Positions 27,718 to 42,202 of a DNA stretch of 64,000 nt are shown piece after piece (position 1 is the first letter of the stretch; every line of letters begins with the position of its first letter). Source of the DNA: Saccostrea cucullata (Eukaryota). Made by a program: the position numbers and the translations under genes. Below the pieces are notes generated by a model that saw nothing but the letters and a program-made list of their open reading frames with translations, did no database searches and was not told where the DNA came from. Location: the NCBI RefSeq assembly GCF_032062105.1, contig NW_026921687.1, positions 1 through 64,000 on the forward strand, written 5' to 3'.

Positions 27718-27803
27718 AACGGCCTCAGGCAGACATGCAGTTTGGTTCGAGGGTCGACAAATCGCATTTTACCCGAGAACACAATCAATGAATGTTCTGT
27801 TAT
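27718..27803. mobile_element. Fragment of the palindromic MITE family seen at 60838-60998
   Basis: aacggcctcaggcagaca...gtttggttc...caaa shared with the other copy. Confidence 0.65.
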
Positions 27804-28228
27804 ACCTTTTCTTTTAATATTTTTTTGACACATATGCATCTTGTACTGTCTTCTGTGATGTAAAACCTCAGATCCATCACTGTTAAATTAACATCAAAGA
27901 ATGCAAAAGAGATTAAGTTCTGCCCTTTGTGTGACGTTAGCGGTCCAGCATCTCACTCAGCGGTCAAACATCGATTTTTGTAAGCCAGCTCAAAAAAAAG
28001 AAATGTTAGACTTTTTTCGTATATGTTTGCATAGAAACAAATTTCTAAAGGTATAACAAAGTCAGGTAATATGCATTGTTCATTTCTACTCACAAATTAA
28101 ATCAGAAGTTTAATATTTATCTGTTTTTAGGTACATCATGGTTGTGGTTTAGAAGTTATGACCCTTGTAACATTTTCAGTCAAATGTTTGAAAGAAAATC
28201 GTAATTTAGAGAGACTTACTACAAGTAA

Positions 28229-31200
28229 ATGAGCACCGACTTCTGTACCATACCATCAATTGTACAGAGCGCCAGGGATGGCGACATTGAACAGGTGTAT
28301 GAACTGTTACAGAACGGAGCAGACGTGAATTCCGTCAATTATCTGGGGCAGACGGCCTTACATATGGCGGCAACGGGTATGATTTGATGTGGACGATTGA
28401 TTAATTAAAGAAAAGTGAAGATTACTTATAATCATTGTATTGTTTAAAATATATACGAAATAAATATTGTTAGACAATTCTTTTTAAATTTGCATAAAAT
28501 TAAGGTTTGAAATAAAGATAATTTAACAACTGAAAATAAAATGAAATCGGAAGGATCATTGATACTTGTCCGATTTTACAATGATCACCACAATTTGTTT
28601 TGAAGCTGGAAATGAAAATCTTGCTGGGGTTCTAATAGAATCGGGCGCAGAGTTAGAGGTCACGGACAGGAAAGGTCAAACTGCACTGCACAAAGCTGTC
28701 TTCAATCTCCACATCGGCACAGCGAGTCTCCTGCTAAAGAAAGGCGCGGATCCAGAAGGGAGTCCAAAAAATCTCCACACCCCTCTCCACATTGCAGTCA
28801 TGCATAAGAATGTGGACCTTTTACAGGTATTGTGTGGACATCTTAGCTAAACAAACGTCATCTGAAACGTCACGTTTAAACTCACCAAGATTTTTTTGTG
28901 AAACACTATATACTAAGTACTTGTACAATAAATTTTCATGAAAAGAAAATTAAGGAGAGAGAGAGGGATGGGTGGATGTTTTCTTTTTCAAGCTTATTGA
29001 GGGGGAAAAGAGGAATCCTGTTAGCTAAAAAATTCATGTCACATTAATAAATTGTTTACGTTGACAGCTTTTACTGGAATACAATGCGAACACCACCGTG
29101 TACTTCAGCAAGGACCGACCCTGCGCAGTGGACTTCCTGCTTTCTACTTCCATAGACAATCGTGTGTGTTTTGACATGATAAAATCTCTGTTACAACATG
29201 GCTGCGACATTGACTATAACCATGTGACATGTCAGACAATGACGATGTCGCCTCTTTTTGCTTGTATCTTCTATCTGAAGTCGGCGGCCATATTGGTTAT
29301 GCTGTACGAGTTTGGCTGTGGGAGGTGGAAGTTTAACTGGAGAGATGACCGCCTGTACGACAGGAGGGAGGACAAGGAGTTCCTGAAGGAATTTGTTCAA
29401 CAGAAAGCTGGTATGTGAAGGACTTTGTCCGAGAGAAAGCTGGTATGTGAAGGACTTTGTTCGAGAGGAAAGCTGGTATGTGAAGGACTTTGTCTGAGAG
29501 AAAAAGCTGGTATATGAAGGACTTTGTTCAAGAAAAAGCTGGTATGTGAATGAATTTGTCTGGGAAAAAGCTGGTATGTGAATGACTTTTGTACAAGAGA
29601 AAGATGGTATGTGAATGACTTTTGTACAAGAAAAAGCTGGTATGTGAAGAACTTTGTCCAAGAGAAAGCTGGTATGTGAAGGACATTACAAGAGAAAGCT
29701 GGTATGTGAAGGAAGTCCAAGAGAAAGCTGGTTTTTCGAAGGACTTTGTCCAAGAAAAAGCTGGCATGTGGAGGAATTTGTCCAAGAGAAAGCTGTTAAA
29801 TGAAGGACATTGTCTGAAAGAAATCTTGTATGTGAAGGACTTTGAGGGTAATCTGGTATGCGAAGATATTTGTCCAAGAGAAAGCTGGTATGTTAGAACT
29901 CTGTCCAAGAAAAAGCTGGTATGTGAAGGAATTTGTCCAAGATAAAGCTGGTATGTGAAAAACTTTGTGGAAGAGAAAGCTGTTATATGAATGATTTGTC
30001 TGAAAGAAATCTGGTATGTGAAGGACTTTGTCTGAGAAAAAGCTGGTATGTGAATGACTTGTCTGAGAGAAAGCTGTAATATGAAGGACATTTTCTAATA
30101 GAAAGCTGGTATATGAAGGACTTTGTATGAGAGAAAGCTCTAAGAGTAAGCTGGTATGGGAAGAACTCTAAGAGTAAGCTGGTATGTGAAGGACTCAAAG
30201 AATAAGCTGGTATGTGAAGGACTCTTAGATTAGGATGGTATGTGAAAGACTCTAAGAGTAAACTGGTATGTGAAGACTCTAAGAGTAAGCTGGTATGTGA
30301 AGACTCTAAGAGTAAGCTGGTATGTGAAGACTCTAAGAGTAAGCTGGTATGTGAAGGACTCTTAGAGTAGGATGGTATGTGAAGGACTCTAAGAGTAAGC
30401 TGGTATGTGAAGACTCTAAGAGTATGTGGTATGTAAAGACTCTAAGAGTAAGCTAGTATGTGAAGACTCTAAGAAAAAGCTGGTATGTGAAGACACTAAG
30501 AGTAAGCTGGTATGTGAAGACTGTAAGAGTAAGCTGGTATGTAAAGACTCTAAGAGTAAGCTGGTATGTGAAGACTCTAAGAGTAAGCTGGTATGTTAAG
30601 ACTCTAAGAGTAAGCTGGTATGTAAAGACTCTAAGAGTAAGCTGGTATGTGAAGACTCTAAGAGTAAGCTGGTATGTGAAGGAATCAAAGAGTAAGCTGG
30701 TATGTGAAGACTCTAAGAGTATGTGGTATGTAAAGACTCTAAGAGTAAGCTGGTATGTGAAGACTCTAAGAGTAAGCTGGTATGTGAAGAACTCTAAGAG
30801 TAAGCTGGTATGTGAAGGAATCAAAGAGTAAGCTTGTATGTGAAGACTCTATGAGTAAGCTGGTATGAACAGCAGCAGAATGAAGGAGTAATGAAAGGAG
30901 GAATGGCGAGTGTGGCTTGAAAACCTTGGTAGAAATTTGGGAACGAGTAGTCAAATTAGACATTATAATGCTTAAAAACCAATTGAAATGTTTCCTTAAG
31001 GTAACAAATATATCGGTGGCAGATAATTACCCAAGAAGTTAATTTTAATCCTTTCAGTTAAATTTTGGATTTTCAGTCATTGGGGATGATGATCCAGTAA
31101 TGATAATGGATGCTTAAACAATAATAGAGTATAAGATGTTCTTTAAGCAAGACGACTTGTAGCGTATGACCAGAGACATACCTATGATAGACCTCTAATA

Positions 31201-31409
31201 CATGTCTCTGGTATGACAACATTATTAGTTTTGTATCCATTTGTGAATAAAATCTTTTATTTTCAGCCTCCCCTCGCTCTTTGATGTCTGCTTGCCGAGT
31301 GTTCGTGTACCAACGTCTCCAAAAGAAACCCCTCCTTTATGTAAATCGTCTTCCTCTGCCACAAACAATGAAAAACTATCTAGCATTCAATGACGTGGTT
31401 TATTTTTGA
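28229..31409 (+). CDS. Ankyrin repeat and SOCS box protein (ASB-like), 284 aa; exons 28229-28376, 28606-28826, 29068-29410, 31267-31409
   Basis: GQTALHMAA, GQTALHKAV, TPLHIAV ankyrin repeats; C-terminal PRSLMSACRVFV...LPLPQTMKNYL SOCS box; junctions in phase. Confidence 0.88.
29385..30868 (+). repeat. Minisatellite derived from the ASB exon3/intron3 junction; ~32-bp units change to 27-bp units near 30140; roughly 50 units
   Basis: GAAGGACTTTGTCCAAGAGAAAGCTGGTATGT, then GAAGACTCTAAGAGTAAGCTGGTATGT. Confidence 0.93.
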
Positions 31410-31704
31410 GGAAATGTATTGCAAAAGCATCTGTGATTCAGAATCCACTGCTAATAGCCATAGTTATAGTTATGGGAGATGTCTTTGGGCTTCCATTATG
31501 CAGGAATGTTTTTTGTTTTAGGTGTGATCGTTTTATATTGATTTCGTGTCAGTATGCTGTCTGAAATGTATACTTATATTTATAGATGCATTTAGGCAAT
31601 AAATATTTCTGCCCAGTTTAATTTTTTTTAGCTCACCTTCACGAGGCCTGAGAGGGATTTTGTAAATTCCCGTTGTTGGCTTCCTCGTGTACTTAACCCT
31701 CTAA

Positions 31705-32111
31705 TTGTATTGATTGATTGTATGTTATTTAACGTCTTCTCGAGTCGATGGAAAGCAGCAAAATTTGTCCTGAACTCGGCATTTAGGGCCATTGAGCAAG
31801 AAGGGATCTTTTTCGTGTCTGCACCTACTGCGACACGGGACCTCGTTTTATACAGTCTCATCCGAAGGACTGGCCTTGGGGCCATAAAAGTTCTAAAGAC
31901 GAGCTCACTTTTGATCTCAGTCTCACTTTTTCACTATATATTCCTTAGAGAAAAAGTGAGATGGAAATCAAAAGTGAGCTCATTTAAGTTTTATGTATCC
32001 CAGGCCTGGTCTCCACGTGCCACAGAGGGATTCGAACCCGCTCCCGAGTGATCAACTCCTTACTTAGCGATCCTAGAGCAGACGCTCTAAACATTGAGCA
32101 ACGCGGGCCCC
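31705..32111 (-). mobile_element. tRNA-derived SINE with Deu/Nin-like central domain, interrupted by a palindromic MITE
   Basis: A-box-like TTGCTCAATGTTTAGAGC, B box GGTTCGAATCC, GTCCTTCGGATGAGAC..AAAACGAGGTCCCG core, (CAAT)n tail. Confidence 0.7.
31872..32006. mobile_element. Palindromic MITE
   Basis: GGCC...ATAAAA..GAGCTCACTTTTGAT ... ATCAAAAGTGAGCTC..TTTTAT...GGCC. Confidence 0.8.
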
Positions 32112-32563
32112 AAAAAACGAGTTATTTTTTTCTCTTCATACAGTTGTTACATATATATGTACCGCAAGCTTTGTGTTTCTTTGTTTTATATTGAAATATT
32201 ACGTAAAAGTACACGTGGAAGACACGGGAGTGTGTGCTTTGACGCCTGACTTTACGTTCGATAATCTTGTTATTTTCCTATAATATTGTCCACTTCAATG
32301 TCAGAGGCAACAAAACAATACAAGGTTGTCAATGCCAAGTCAGTGCAGTGTGGGTACTATACTTTTAATCCTTAAAATCCCTCTTCAAAACATCATATGT
32401 GGGTTTAGCTTTAATCTGATGATTAAAAGGAAAAGGAATTAAAAATACTTCGATCAGAATTTAGAACGTATATTTTAACTGTGAAGCGATATTCTACATA
32501 GAGGTTGTCGTGTCAGTGAGACAGTGAAAATAAAGTGACGATTGGAATATTTTTTTCATAAAG

Positions 32564-34292
32564 ATGGCCACAAGTCGCCTCGCTCGGAATGTGACTGAGG
32601 ACTATTTGACCTGTACGATTTGTCTACAGCGCTTCCGAGATCCCAGGACTCTGCCGTGCGAGCACACTTTCTGCCTGGCCTGTCTGGCTAACCACATCGG
32701 CGCCTCAGTAGATGACGGAGTATTCGTCTGCCCGGTGGACAAAACAGAAGTCCAGGCCAGCAAAGCAGACGACCCATGGGAGAGCGCGCGAGCTTTCCCG
32801 ACAGACAGTTTGGCGGAGGCGCTGATCAAAGTGGTGGAGGAGGACACGAGGCGAGTGAACGTAAGCGAGGACGGACAGGATCTGAATTTCTTCTGCTTTG
32901 GATGCCAGGTAATGACGAGTGCTGAAAACGCTGTGGAAAATCATCGTCATCCAAATTGTCACTGTGTTAATCTTCAGAAAGCTTATCAACGAGTGATGCC
33001 GGTGTTAATCAATTACAATCGAGAACTGGAAAAGGTTTATCTCAAATCCGAGAAAATCAAACGAGTTGTTACGAATGGAAACGGGATTTCTGAAGCGAAA
33101 CAAGAAGTGTTGGGTGAAATCGGCGAATTCGAAACAAAATTAGACGATTTTTATGCTGGATGCAAAGCAACTCTTGGTGCAATGAAAACAAAGGTAGCAG
33201 AACACGAAGTGAAAAGTGACATGTCGATCAATCACGCAGTTCATGATGAAATAGCTAAGAGATACTCCTCTTTCAATCAAAACTTTGACGACGAAAATGT
33301 TCCAGAGCTCTTGTCTGTGTACCTTTCAGTCAATAAAAAGCTAAAGGAACTTGAAAAGTTTGAAGATTCTCTGCAAATTAAATCACAGAAGTTTCCATTA
33401 CATTTTCTTCCAAATAAACAGTTGTTGAACATGTTGAGAAGCAAACAGCAATGTGGAAAGTTGCAAGTTTCCTCGAGTTCACATTTTAGAGGTCAGCAGT
33501 CGGCAGACGTTGAAGAGTGCAATTATTATGACGTAGCAGCGACGGACAAGTATATCGTGACGTGTGACGGAGAGACGGGACTCGTTCAGCGCTTCCTGCA
33601 CGACGGTTCTTATGTCGATTCCATGCGAGTCGACAATATTTGTCGGATGACTGTAGTTACAGACGATGAAATTGCAGCAACCCGTTTATTCAAACGTAAA
33701 ATTGCCTACATCTCTCTTGGAAAGAAAATGCACATTCGAGATCAAATCAGAACGAAGAAGTCGTACATTGGAATATGTTTGTTGTCAACTGGGGATTTCT
33801 GTGTGTCTTTTTATGATGGTGAAGAGCCACCAGGAATAGAAATTATTTCAGACGAGGGGAAGGTCCTCAAAACACTTCTTGGACACAGGAATCCCGCGGG
33901 GTCCGTCCCTCTCTTTCTCGTACCGATGTTTCTAACATCGACAGTCAGCGATAACATTGTCGTATGCGACTTCACGGACACTAATCACGTGATCTGCTTC
34001 AACGATAATCTGGAACTTCTGTGGTACCAAGGTTTTCCCAGCATGCCCTGTTGCGTGACGTCAGATGATGACGGCATGCTTTACGTGTCTTTTCCCGATT
34101 TGAATGAGGTATTGGTTGTGCACGAGGATGATGGGAAAAAGGTTAAGGACTGTGGTGAAGAAAAGTGATGGCGTCCATAGACCGTTTGCTATTACGATCA
34201 ACGACAGCACACTGGTAATTATCACAGGTGTGAAGACTTATCACTGCACAGCGCACCGGTGGTCTAAGAAGAATTCAAGATCTGTCATATAG
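32564..34292 (+). CDS. Intronless TRIM-like protein (RING, degenerate B-box, coiled coil, NHL-like beta-propeller) with an apparent frameshift at ~34136-34140
   Basis: CTIC...PCEHTFCLAC...CPVD RING; propeller-like repeats; removing one A joins DDG to KRLRTVVKKSDGVHRPFAI...* (34292). Confidence 0.82.
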
Positions 34293-35653
34293 GCCTGCCC
34301 TTTGTAGAGAGGTTGTGATTGTAAAACTTTATAAAACAACAATGTACAATATTTTAGCCAAATAGCACAATCATGATGAACTTGAAGATTCGCTATCTCA
34401 ACAATAAACATCCGGGATATATCTCGGTTTATTATACTTGTTTTTTTTTATTTTTTACATTGAGTAGCACAACAATTATACTGTGTATGGGGGCAAAATT
34501 TAAATTTTATCACATGATAATTCCAATCTTCATTTTATGTATTGATTTCCTGTGTTTTGATTGGACGAGAACACGATTAAGAAGAAATTTACACATCGAT
34601 AAAATTTTTCAATCAGAACTACTTTCTTGATAAAGCTTCTAGGTTATCGTATAATCAATGATTGAATGAAAGCAGTTATTTCTGGTCTGTTTTGGCTAAA
34701 TTATGAATACAAAAAACTTCAAATTTAATTAATTAAAACAAAACTGGCGACAAACTGGATTGCCCAGCTGACGGACGCCATGAAAATGTTTATGTCACTG
34801 TCCGATCACCATGCAGTGTGAATTTTAAAAAAAACGCTGTCTCGACGTTCATAATACGAAGAAAATTAGCTCAGTTTGTATCGTTTTGACGGGGAAACGA
34901 AACGTACGTACCTCAAACTCTTGCCATATTAGCATCAAATTCATATTTACTTTCTATATTGTTCCGCAATCGTTTAACAAACAAGTGCAAATCGAAGGCG
35001 TCGTCGGTCTGCAACTTTCGCTATGAGAGTTGTCGTTCATGTCAACATGGCCATGCATGGTCAAGGACGAACTATTCTGAAGTAAACTCGTAATTACGAT
35101 ATTTGTTGACTTAAGCAATATTCGATGAGTCTGTATAAGTTTCTTTATCGATTGTTTTGACAACTTAAAGATGAACTCTATCGAAATTCTTCTCGATTAC
35201 GTTCCTTGCGATAAAATGTACGCTGCAGAAATAACAGATTGTATGGAGGCCTCAAAGAGAAATAACTAAATATTTTTTTAAAACTGTGTTTGGATGTGCA
35301 AAATTTAAATTTTATCACAGGTTGTTTTATTATACACTGTATAACATTGCATAAAGCCATTGTGCACCTCGTAGTTTATGTTTTGATCTTACACTTTGAG
35401 TATCCCAGAGAAGGACGTGCATGGACTTTGCCATTATAATCATATGGGAGGGGAGGGGTATCATTTAGCGAGCTCACTTTTCACTGTGTTCATAGTACTA
35501 GTAACTCTAGTTGCACACTGAACTGCTTACGGATTACTCCGATCATTACCAAGGTATAGGGTTCACAGCGGATGTGATGAGTCAAAGGGGAAGTGTTTAC
35601 TCCTTAATTGGCACCTAATCCCATTTTCTAAAACTATAGTTCTGAGAATTTTT

Positions 35654-35684
<31 letters not shown>

Positions 35685-36239
35685 GGACGATTAAAACTTC
35701 AGACTCCTGTGGTTCTGAGAACTGGTCTGGCACTGTTTGAGCACTAGCTCCCCGACAGGTAGTTTTTACTATGATGTTTCAGCCACTCGTTAATATAATT
35801 CACTTCACCATTTTATCTGTAAGAATTTATGCAACTCAAGTAGGCCGTCTGCAGTGACGAGATCATATTTTATCAAATATTGCAAAAAATATCCGTGCTT
35901 CATCAACTTGTTTCTCAATGGCTTGCCTTTTTATAGAAATTGTTCGATCGTATGTAGAGCATGGACTTGCAAACATATCAATTAAATCAGCTGGGAGATA
36001 TAAACCCTATGTGCAAGTGTTAGTCTTAAGATATTGCTATAAATTTATAGGAACTTCATCAGGTTTTCCATAATTGTGGAATTTTTTGCCGGATTACCAA
36101 TAACGTCTTTTTCTAGTAAAGTATCCAAACATGAAACGGATGTGTCAAACGCTGTGGTACTTTTAATTTCGAGTTCACTGGGATATATCAAGACGAAATA
36201 TAAATAGAATTAAGTTATTATTGTTTGATATACACGTAT

Positions 36240-36830
36240 CTGAATGAAGGCCACGCCATGTAACACACACGTGAAATATGAAAGCCTTGGCAATAAAAAT
36301 TATGACCCAAGGTTAAATTTATTTGAATAGTAGGTAAACTCAACTGTCAAGGTTAAAGGGTCAAAATCGTTCACAACCAAGGTAAGGTCTTGTCACAAGA
36401 ATATATCTGCAATATAAAAGACTATCCAATCAAAAGGTTAAATTAGGACCAAACTTATTTTTAAAAAATACTTGTAGCTCAAACTTGTTGGTACCCAACA
36501 TAAGGTCTTTTGTCACAAGCATGCTGAATATGAAAGCTCATTAGCTCCAACCATTCTAACCTTACATGTATATGCCAAAGGTTTTTTTTTCAAGTGGATC
36601 AAACCTCAAGGTCAAGTGGTTACATAAGGTTTTTACTCAAGGAAACTAGAATACACAAGTTAAGATTGAATGAAAGCCTTATCATCAACGGTTCATTTTG
36701 CCAATGTTTTAGGTTTGGTGAAATTTTGCACAACTTCTTCAAACTTGAAGGTAAAAAATGTTGGTCTTTAAAGAAATGGTCTTGTCACAAGAAATACATA
36801 TGTGATATATGAAGCCATAGCAGCTTCAAT
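36240..36830. repeat. Degenerate satellite-like units, probably an old HINE
   Basis: Recurrent ggtcttgtcacaag...atatgaaagc and caaggtcaa motifs. Confidence 0.55.
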
Positions 36831-38830
36831 CAATTAAAAAATTTTATACACATTGAAGGTATTTTTTCTTCAGATTGAAATCTGTTCCTATATAATGATA
36901 TCAGACACTTGCTCTTGGTTGGCAATGTCTAAAGAAGATGTACATGTAGTAATGTTTATCAAATGAACACAAAACAAAAACACCTTTATATTTTACTCAT
37001 CATTTTAATTATAAACTATGTTATTTAAACACTTAATATGGAAAACATTAAAATATCACAGATAAGACAACATTAAATAAAAAAGCTGAAAATATTCATT
37101 CAAAATAGTATATGTATAATTGAAATGCCTGCAACTATAAATTCAAAAAAAAAACAAAAAAACAAAAATTCAGCATGGCAGTTAAAATGAATTTTCCCTA
37201 AAAAAAAACCCGTCCCACTTGTACATTATTGACTATGTATTTCTGATATATTTCAGCATTTTACATTCCCTAATATTAACATACCAACAGTCTTGCAAAG
37301 GACTTGCAAAACCATACTATATTTCTCTATCCATGGATATATCTTACTTAAGTTTCTTTTTAAAAACCGAAGAGTTCCACAAGAAAGGGGTAGTAATTGT
37401 ATTCTTATATGGAATGTAGTTTTATCTTTATTACTCTATAAGGTCAACCCTACATCCTATCTATTACTTACAAGCAATAAATATGTCTATGAATTCCAAT
37501 AAAACTTAAATACAAATAATAATGTATATTTCAGATCCTTCCAAATCAATTCTCATTAAACATTTAAAAAATTCTTTTTTGGTGAAGCAAGTTTCATAAT
37601 CAGCAAGTAAAAATAATATCATTCACAGCCTTATATGTATATACCACCTAAAGTTAAGCTTAACTTTACAACAGTTAAATTCTTCATAATTGTAAAAATA
37701 TTATCTAGAACTAAATGCTCCCCTTGATTATTATGAACCTATATAGAGATAACAACACTGAAAGCCCTAAGATCTGTCTGTCTGTGGAATTCTCTGTTGT
37801 TTGTTCTCAGGATCAAGGCCTGCATGTGTTACCTAGGAATGGATGGATGAGGTAGGGCAGTAGCTATGAGAACCAACCTTAAAAAAATCACAAAATTAAT
37901 TCATGAGTTGAATTGAACAACAAAATATCTTGTTGGTATATGTAATCAACTGTACACAAAGTTTCTTCAATATAAATGAATTCAAAGTGGAAACCTCATT
38001 TTGTACATGTTTTAAGTAACTATAAATAAAATTGCTAAATATTTTTAACAGAGATCCATTTGAAATTTAACTTTGGTTTGTATTTGAATTAAGAGATATG
38101 TTACTAACAAATTCAGAAGCATCAGCTAGATTAAAACCAAACAGCTTTTCTGCTTGATATAAATTACAGGATTTGGAAATCTTGACTTAAGGTCAAGATC
38201 TAGTAAATAACTTGAGACTAATTTTTTGGTGCTAGATCCATTATGACGTCATAATCAATTTCAACTTTCTTTTTCCCGTACTTTACGTCTTTAGCAGAAT
38301 TATGTAGAAAATAGGGTATTTTCATGTCATTCAATTTGAAATCATGAAAAGTAAACCGGATACCTATATTAAATTTGATATTGATTTAAAGAAGAGGCCA
38401 TGAACATACTAATTACCGTTTTCTGAGAGACTGTTGGCAATCTGGATACATTTCCTTTGCCGAATAAGAAAAAAACTCCCATATTCATGACTGGTTTTCT
38501 TAATTTTTCATTGAAAATGACAGTTTAAGATACAGTTTTGCATCTTGTTTACCTACAAATTATGCCCCGAAACATCTTATGTGACCAAGCTAAAGTTGTA
38601 AAGCATCAATGAACCAATTTATTTCTCAGATTTGATAAATCTGTAGGCACCTTTCATTTACTAGATCTTGACCTTAATGTTCTAATTAATTTGTGATGAT
38701 AATGAGAACAAGATATCAGTACATGTACTGCAGTGTCTTGTTCTGGGAGGATATGATTAGTTTCATTACAAATATAAATTGTTAGCTTCATTATGAATGT
38801 ATACAGATACAGTGCTCCCTCTGTTTTTAC

Positions 38831-41800
38831 CTTTCTTTTCCTTCTTTGCTGGTTTTGGCACCGATTCACCAATCAGAGCAAAGCATAAGTTCTTATAATC
38901 TCCTGAAATGTCATCCTGAAAAAATCCAAGGAATGAAATTTCCACACATTTCCAATTTAAAAAAAAAACACAACAATCCAACAAACAGTACACCAAGGGT
39001 GTACTTCTCCAAGTGTATCTCATGGAGAAGGGCTTTAAAGTCAGCCAGAGTGAATGTCTATCTATATTTTACCGAGGGCTGCAATGAAACAATTGATGGT
39101 AAGAGAATGGATGTGATTGGCCAGAATGAATGAAGGCCCAGAAACTTTGTATAATGTTTATGAAATACAGCTGCTGAACTGTTGCATTATGGTTTTATAT
39201 AACAGTTTTTAGCCATCCAACAAAAAATCAAAACAAGCAAGTTTGTTAATATAAAGTGAAGTATAAAGGGTTGGGAAGTGGACAACATATACAAAGTAAA
39301 TGGTTGAAAAATGTGTCTTGAATTAGGGAGAAAATGGAAATTGATCAATATTGGAAAGTGGAGAAATTCACTCCAACCGTGCACAGAAAATCTTGCGCCG
39401 TAAATTGCACCACATTTGCATTGCGGGATCTGTACGGTTATGGTCAAAGACTAATATATAAAACCATAACGCTACAGTTCTGCAGCTATATGAAATACTG
39501 CACTTGAATAAAAAGCTTGAGACTAATATATAAAACCAAAACGCTACAGTTCTGCAGCTATATGAAATACTGCACTTGAATTAAAAGCTTGAGACTAATA
39601 TACACTACTTACAGCTAGGAACATGGCCAGGGTTTGTTTGTACTGCTTCTGGAATTCCTCCTTGATCTGCACCATGTCTACTTCACAGCGGGATACAATG
39701 ACTCGACACAGACGATCGTCATCCGTCCCGAGACCCTTCATTGATTTATACAACTCTGTGGCAAAGTGTGAAGCCTTACCTCGAATACACCGCACTGTGA
39801 AGAAAAAGAGCAATTAGCTTTTATAATACTCACATTTATATTTATCAAACAGAATGATTTAGATTTTAAAAAATAAACTTTAATTGAAATCTAATCCTCT
39901 TAAAAAAGGGAAGAGACATATTTGCAAGAATAGATTACTAATGTTCTTATGTTCTTTTGAACACAGTTTTTTGCTTCAAATATTTCAAAGAGACAAATAT
40001 GAATTATCCTTATTTCAATGCTCCAAGTACCAAAATCTGGTGTGGAAGCCAAAATTATAATTTATAAACGTTTATGGATTAGACTAAGTCATCATTTACA
40101 AAGAATCTCTATTTGCATTACCAGTGTATGTCCCACATACCTACAGCTAGCATGCCCTTCAGTAAATCCCCTGACATTTCACTCTTTAACGTGTCTTCAA
40201 TATCTTTGTTGGCCAGTTTAGCGTACTCCTGGAATGTCGCACGCAGCTGAGCATAGCTCCTGGAGACCAGAATGACGTTAAAGCGTGACTCGTCAGTCCC
40301 CCATTTCTTCTCTCCGGCCTCGTAGATGGCCTGAGCGTCCTGTTTAGCTTTGTTTCTGTCAAACTCTTTGCTTTCGTCCCTGTTGGCCTGGAGTAATCCT
40401 ATCAGTAGCCGTTTGAAGTGACCCGAGGTATCCCCAGAAACGTGCTCCTCCAAGTTCTTACCATACACTGAAATAGGGTCAAAGTCATATAATAAGTTAT
40501 ACTGAATGTAGGTCAAGACTATAATGTTAAAAAAATGCATATAACTGACTTAACACAATGTAATTACAAAGTTTACAAAAAATATAAGTTTAAATTCCAT
40601 TAATATTGTTATTTTAAAAAAAACAAAACAAGAGGCCCATGGACCACATTGCTCACCTGAGCACTGTGGCTAGGAAAAAGTAGAAATTGGTTTATTATTG
40701 AATAGTTTAAATCCAAAAGTAGTCCCATGACCAATCATGGCTTTGCTATTCTTGATAAGATGGTTTTTAAAGAATTTTCCTATATACAGCTTACTCCACT
40801 TATATTGAACTCGCTTATTTTGAAATTCCGCTTATATTGAATTAAAAATAAATCCCCAGTCTTTGACTCTTATATTCTTTGCATTGAAATAACGGTTATA
40901 TTGAAATCGGCTATATTGAAATTTGGCTTATATTGAAGCCACTAATCGGTCCCCACAGGTGATAATGAGTTGTTTTCATAACGGTTATAATGAAGTACTC
41001 CCTGGCGGCTGTCATTACGGTTGTTGACAGAAACTATGCCTGATTGACCAGTTGATATAAATAAGTTTTCACCTTATGTGTTTTTATACTGCATGCTCTT
41101 ACGAAATAAAATTGCTCACTGCTAAATTCTTTGTTTCCATGTATATAATACGGAAGTATTTAAGGCAACATAGTAACTAACCCCCAAAGATCTAAAAAAA
41201 AAAAAAAAACTGAAAAATTAAATACGAACTGTTAATGGTTAATGATAAACCTTAATTCGGAATAGCTAAGAGATCAACCCGAGTACACTTACGATGACAT
41301 ACATGCAGCGTTCAGCAGTACTCAACAGTTTGACATCGTGATTTTTCTCCAAAATGTAAATCAATGCGATCGAGGAATAATAATGAAGTTGAAGATTGTC
41401 TTGTCTTATCGATAAAAAAGAAAGAAACAATTTTATTTAAACTTTCAAGGACTAATATTCCATGTAATCTGTACACTATTATAGGTAAACGATGAGACAA
41501 AATTAATTTGTTCGGGTTTGTTCTTTATTTTAATATCGGGATTGAACTTTTAATAAAAAAAATGGCCGCTTCACGATTTCGCTTATATTGAATTACGGAT
41601 ATATTGAAATAATTTGCATGGTCCCCTGAATTTCAATATATCCGGAGGAGGCTGTATGTCTAAATAAAACTTTGATTGGCAATTGTGGCCCCACCCTACC
41701 ACTGGGGATCATGATTTGAACAAACTTGAATCTGCTCAACCTGAGGATGCTTCCATATAAATATGATCAATTATGGCTTTGCTATTCTTGAGAAGAAGAT

Positions 41801-42027
41801 TTTTAAAGAATTTTCTTATATATTTCTATGTAAAACTTTGGTCAGCCATTGTGGCCCCGCCCTATCCCCAGGGGTCATGATTTGAACAAACTTGAATCTA
41901 CACTAACTGAGGATATTTACCCTTAAGTTTTATCTTTCCTGGCACAGTGGTTCTTGAGAAGAAGATTTTTAAAACATTCCACCAAAGTTTCATTAATTCC
42001 CAATTATCTCCCCTTGAATGAGGGCGT

Positions 42028-42078
<51 letters not shown>

Positions 42079-42079
42079 A

Positions 42080-42110
<31 letters not shown>

Positions 42111-42161
42111 TGAGAAGAAGTCGAAGAAAATGTGAAAAGTTTACAACAACAACGACGACAA

Positions 42162-42202
<41 letters not shown>

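Noticed and set aside
29191-30963. Many repetitive ORFs (SFTYQL..., VSWYVKTLR...)
   Set aside because: By-products of the intronic minisatellite.
35500-35800. Possible SINE/LINE remnant
   Set aside because: Too degenerate to define its ends or family.
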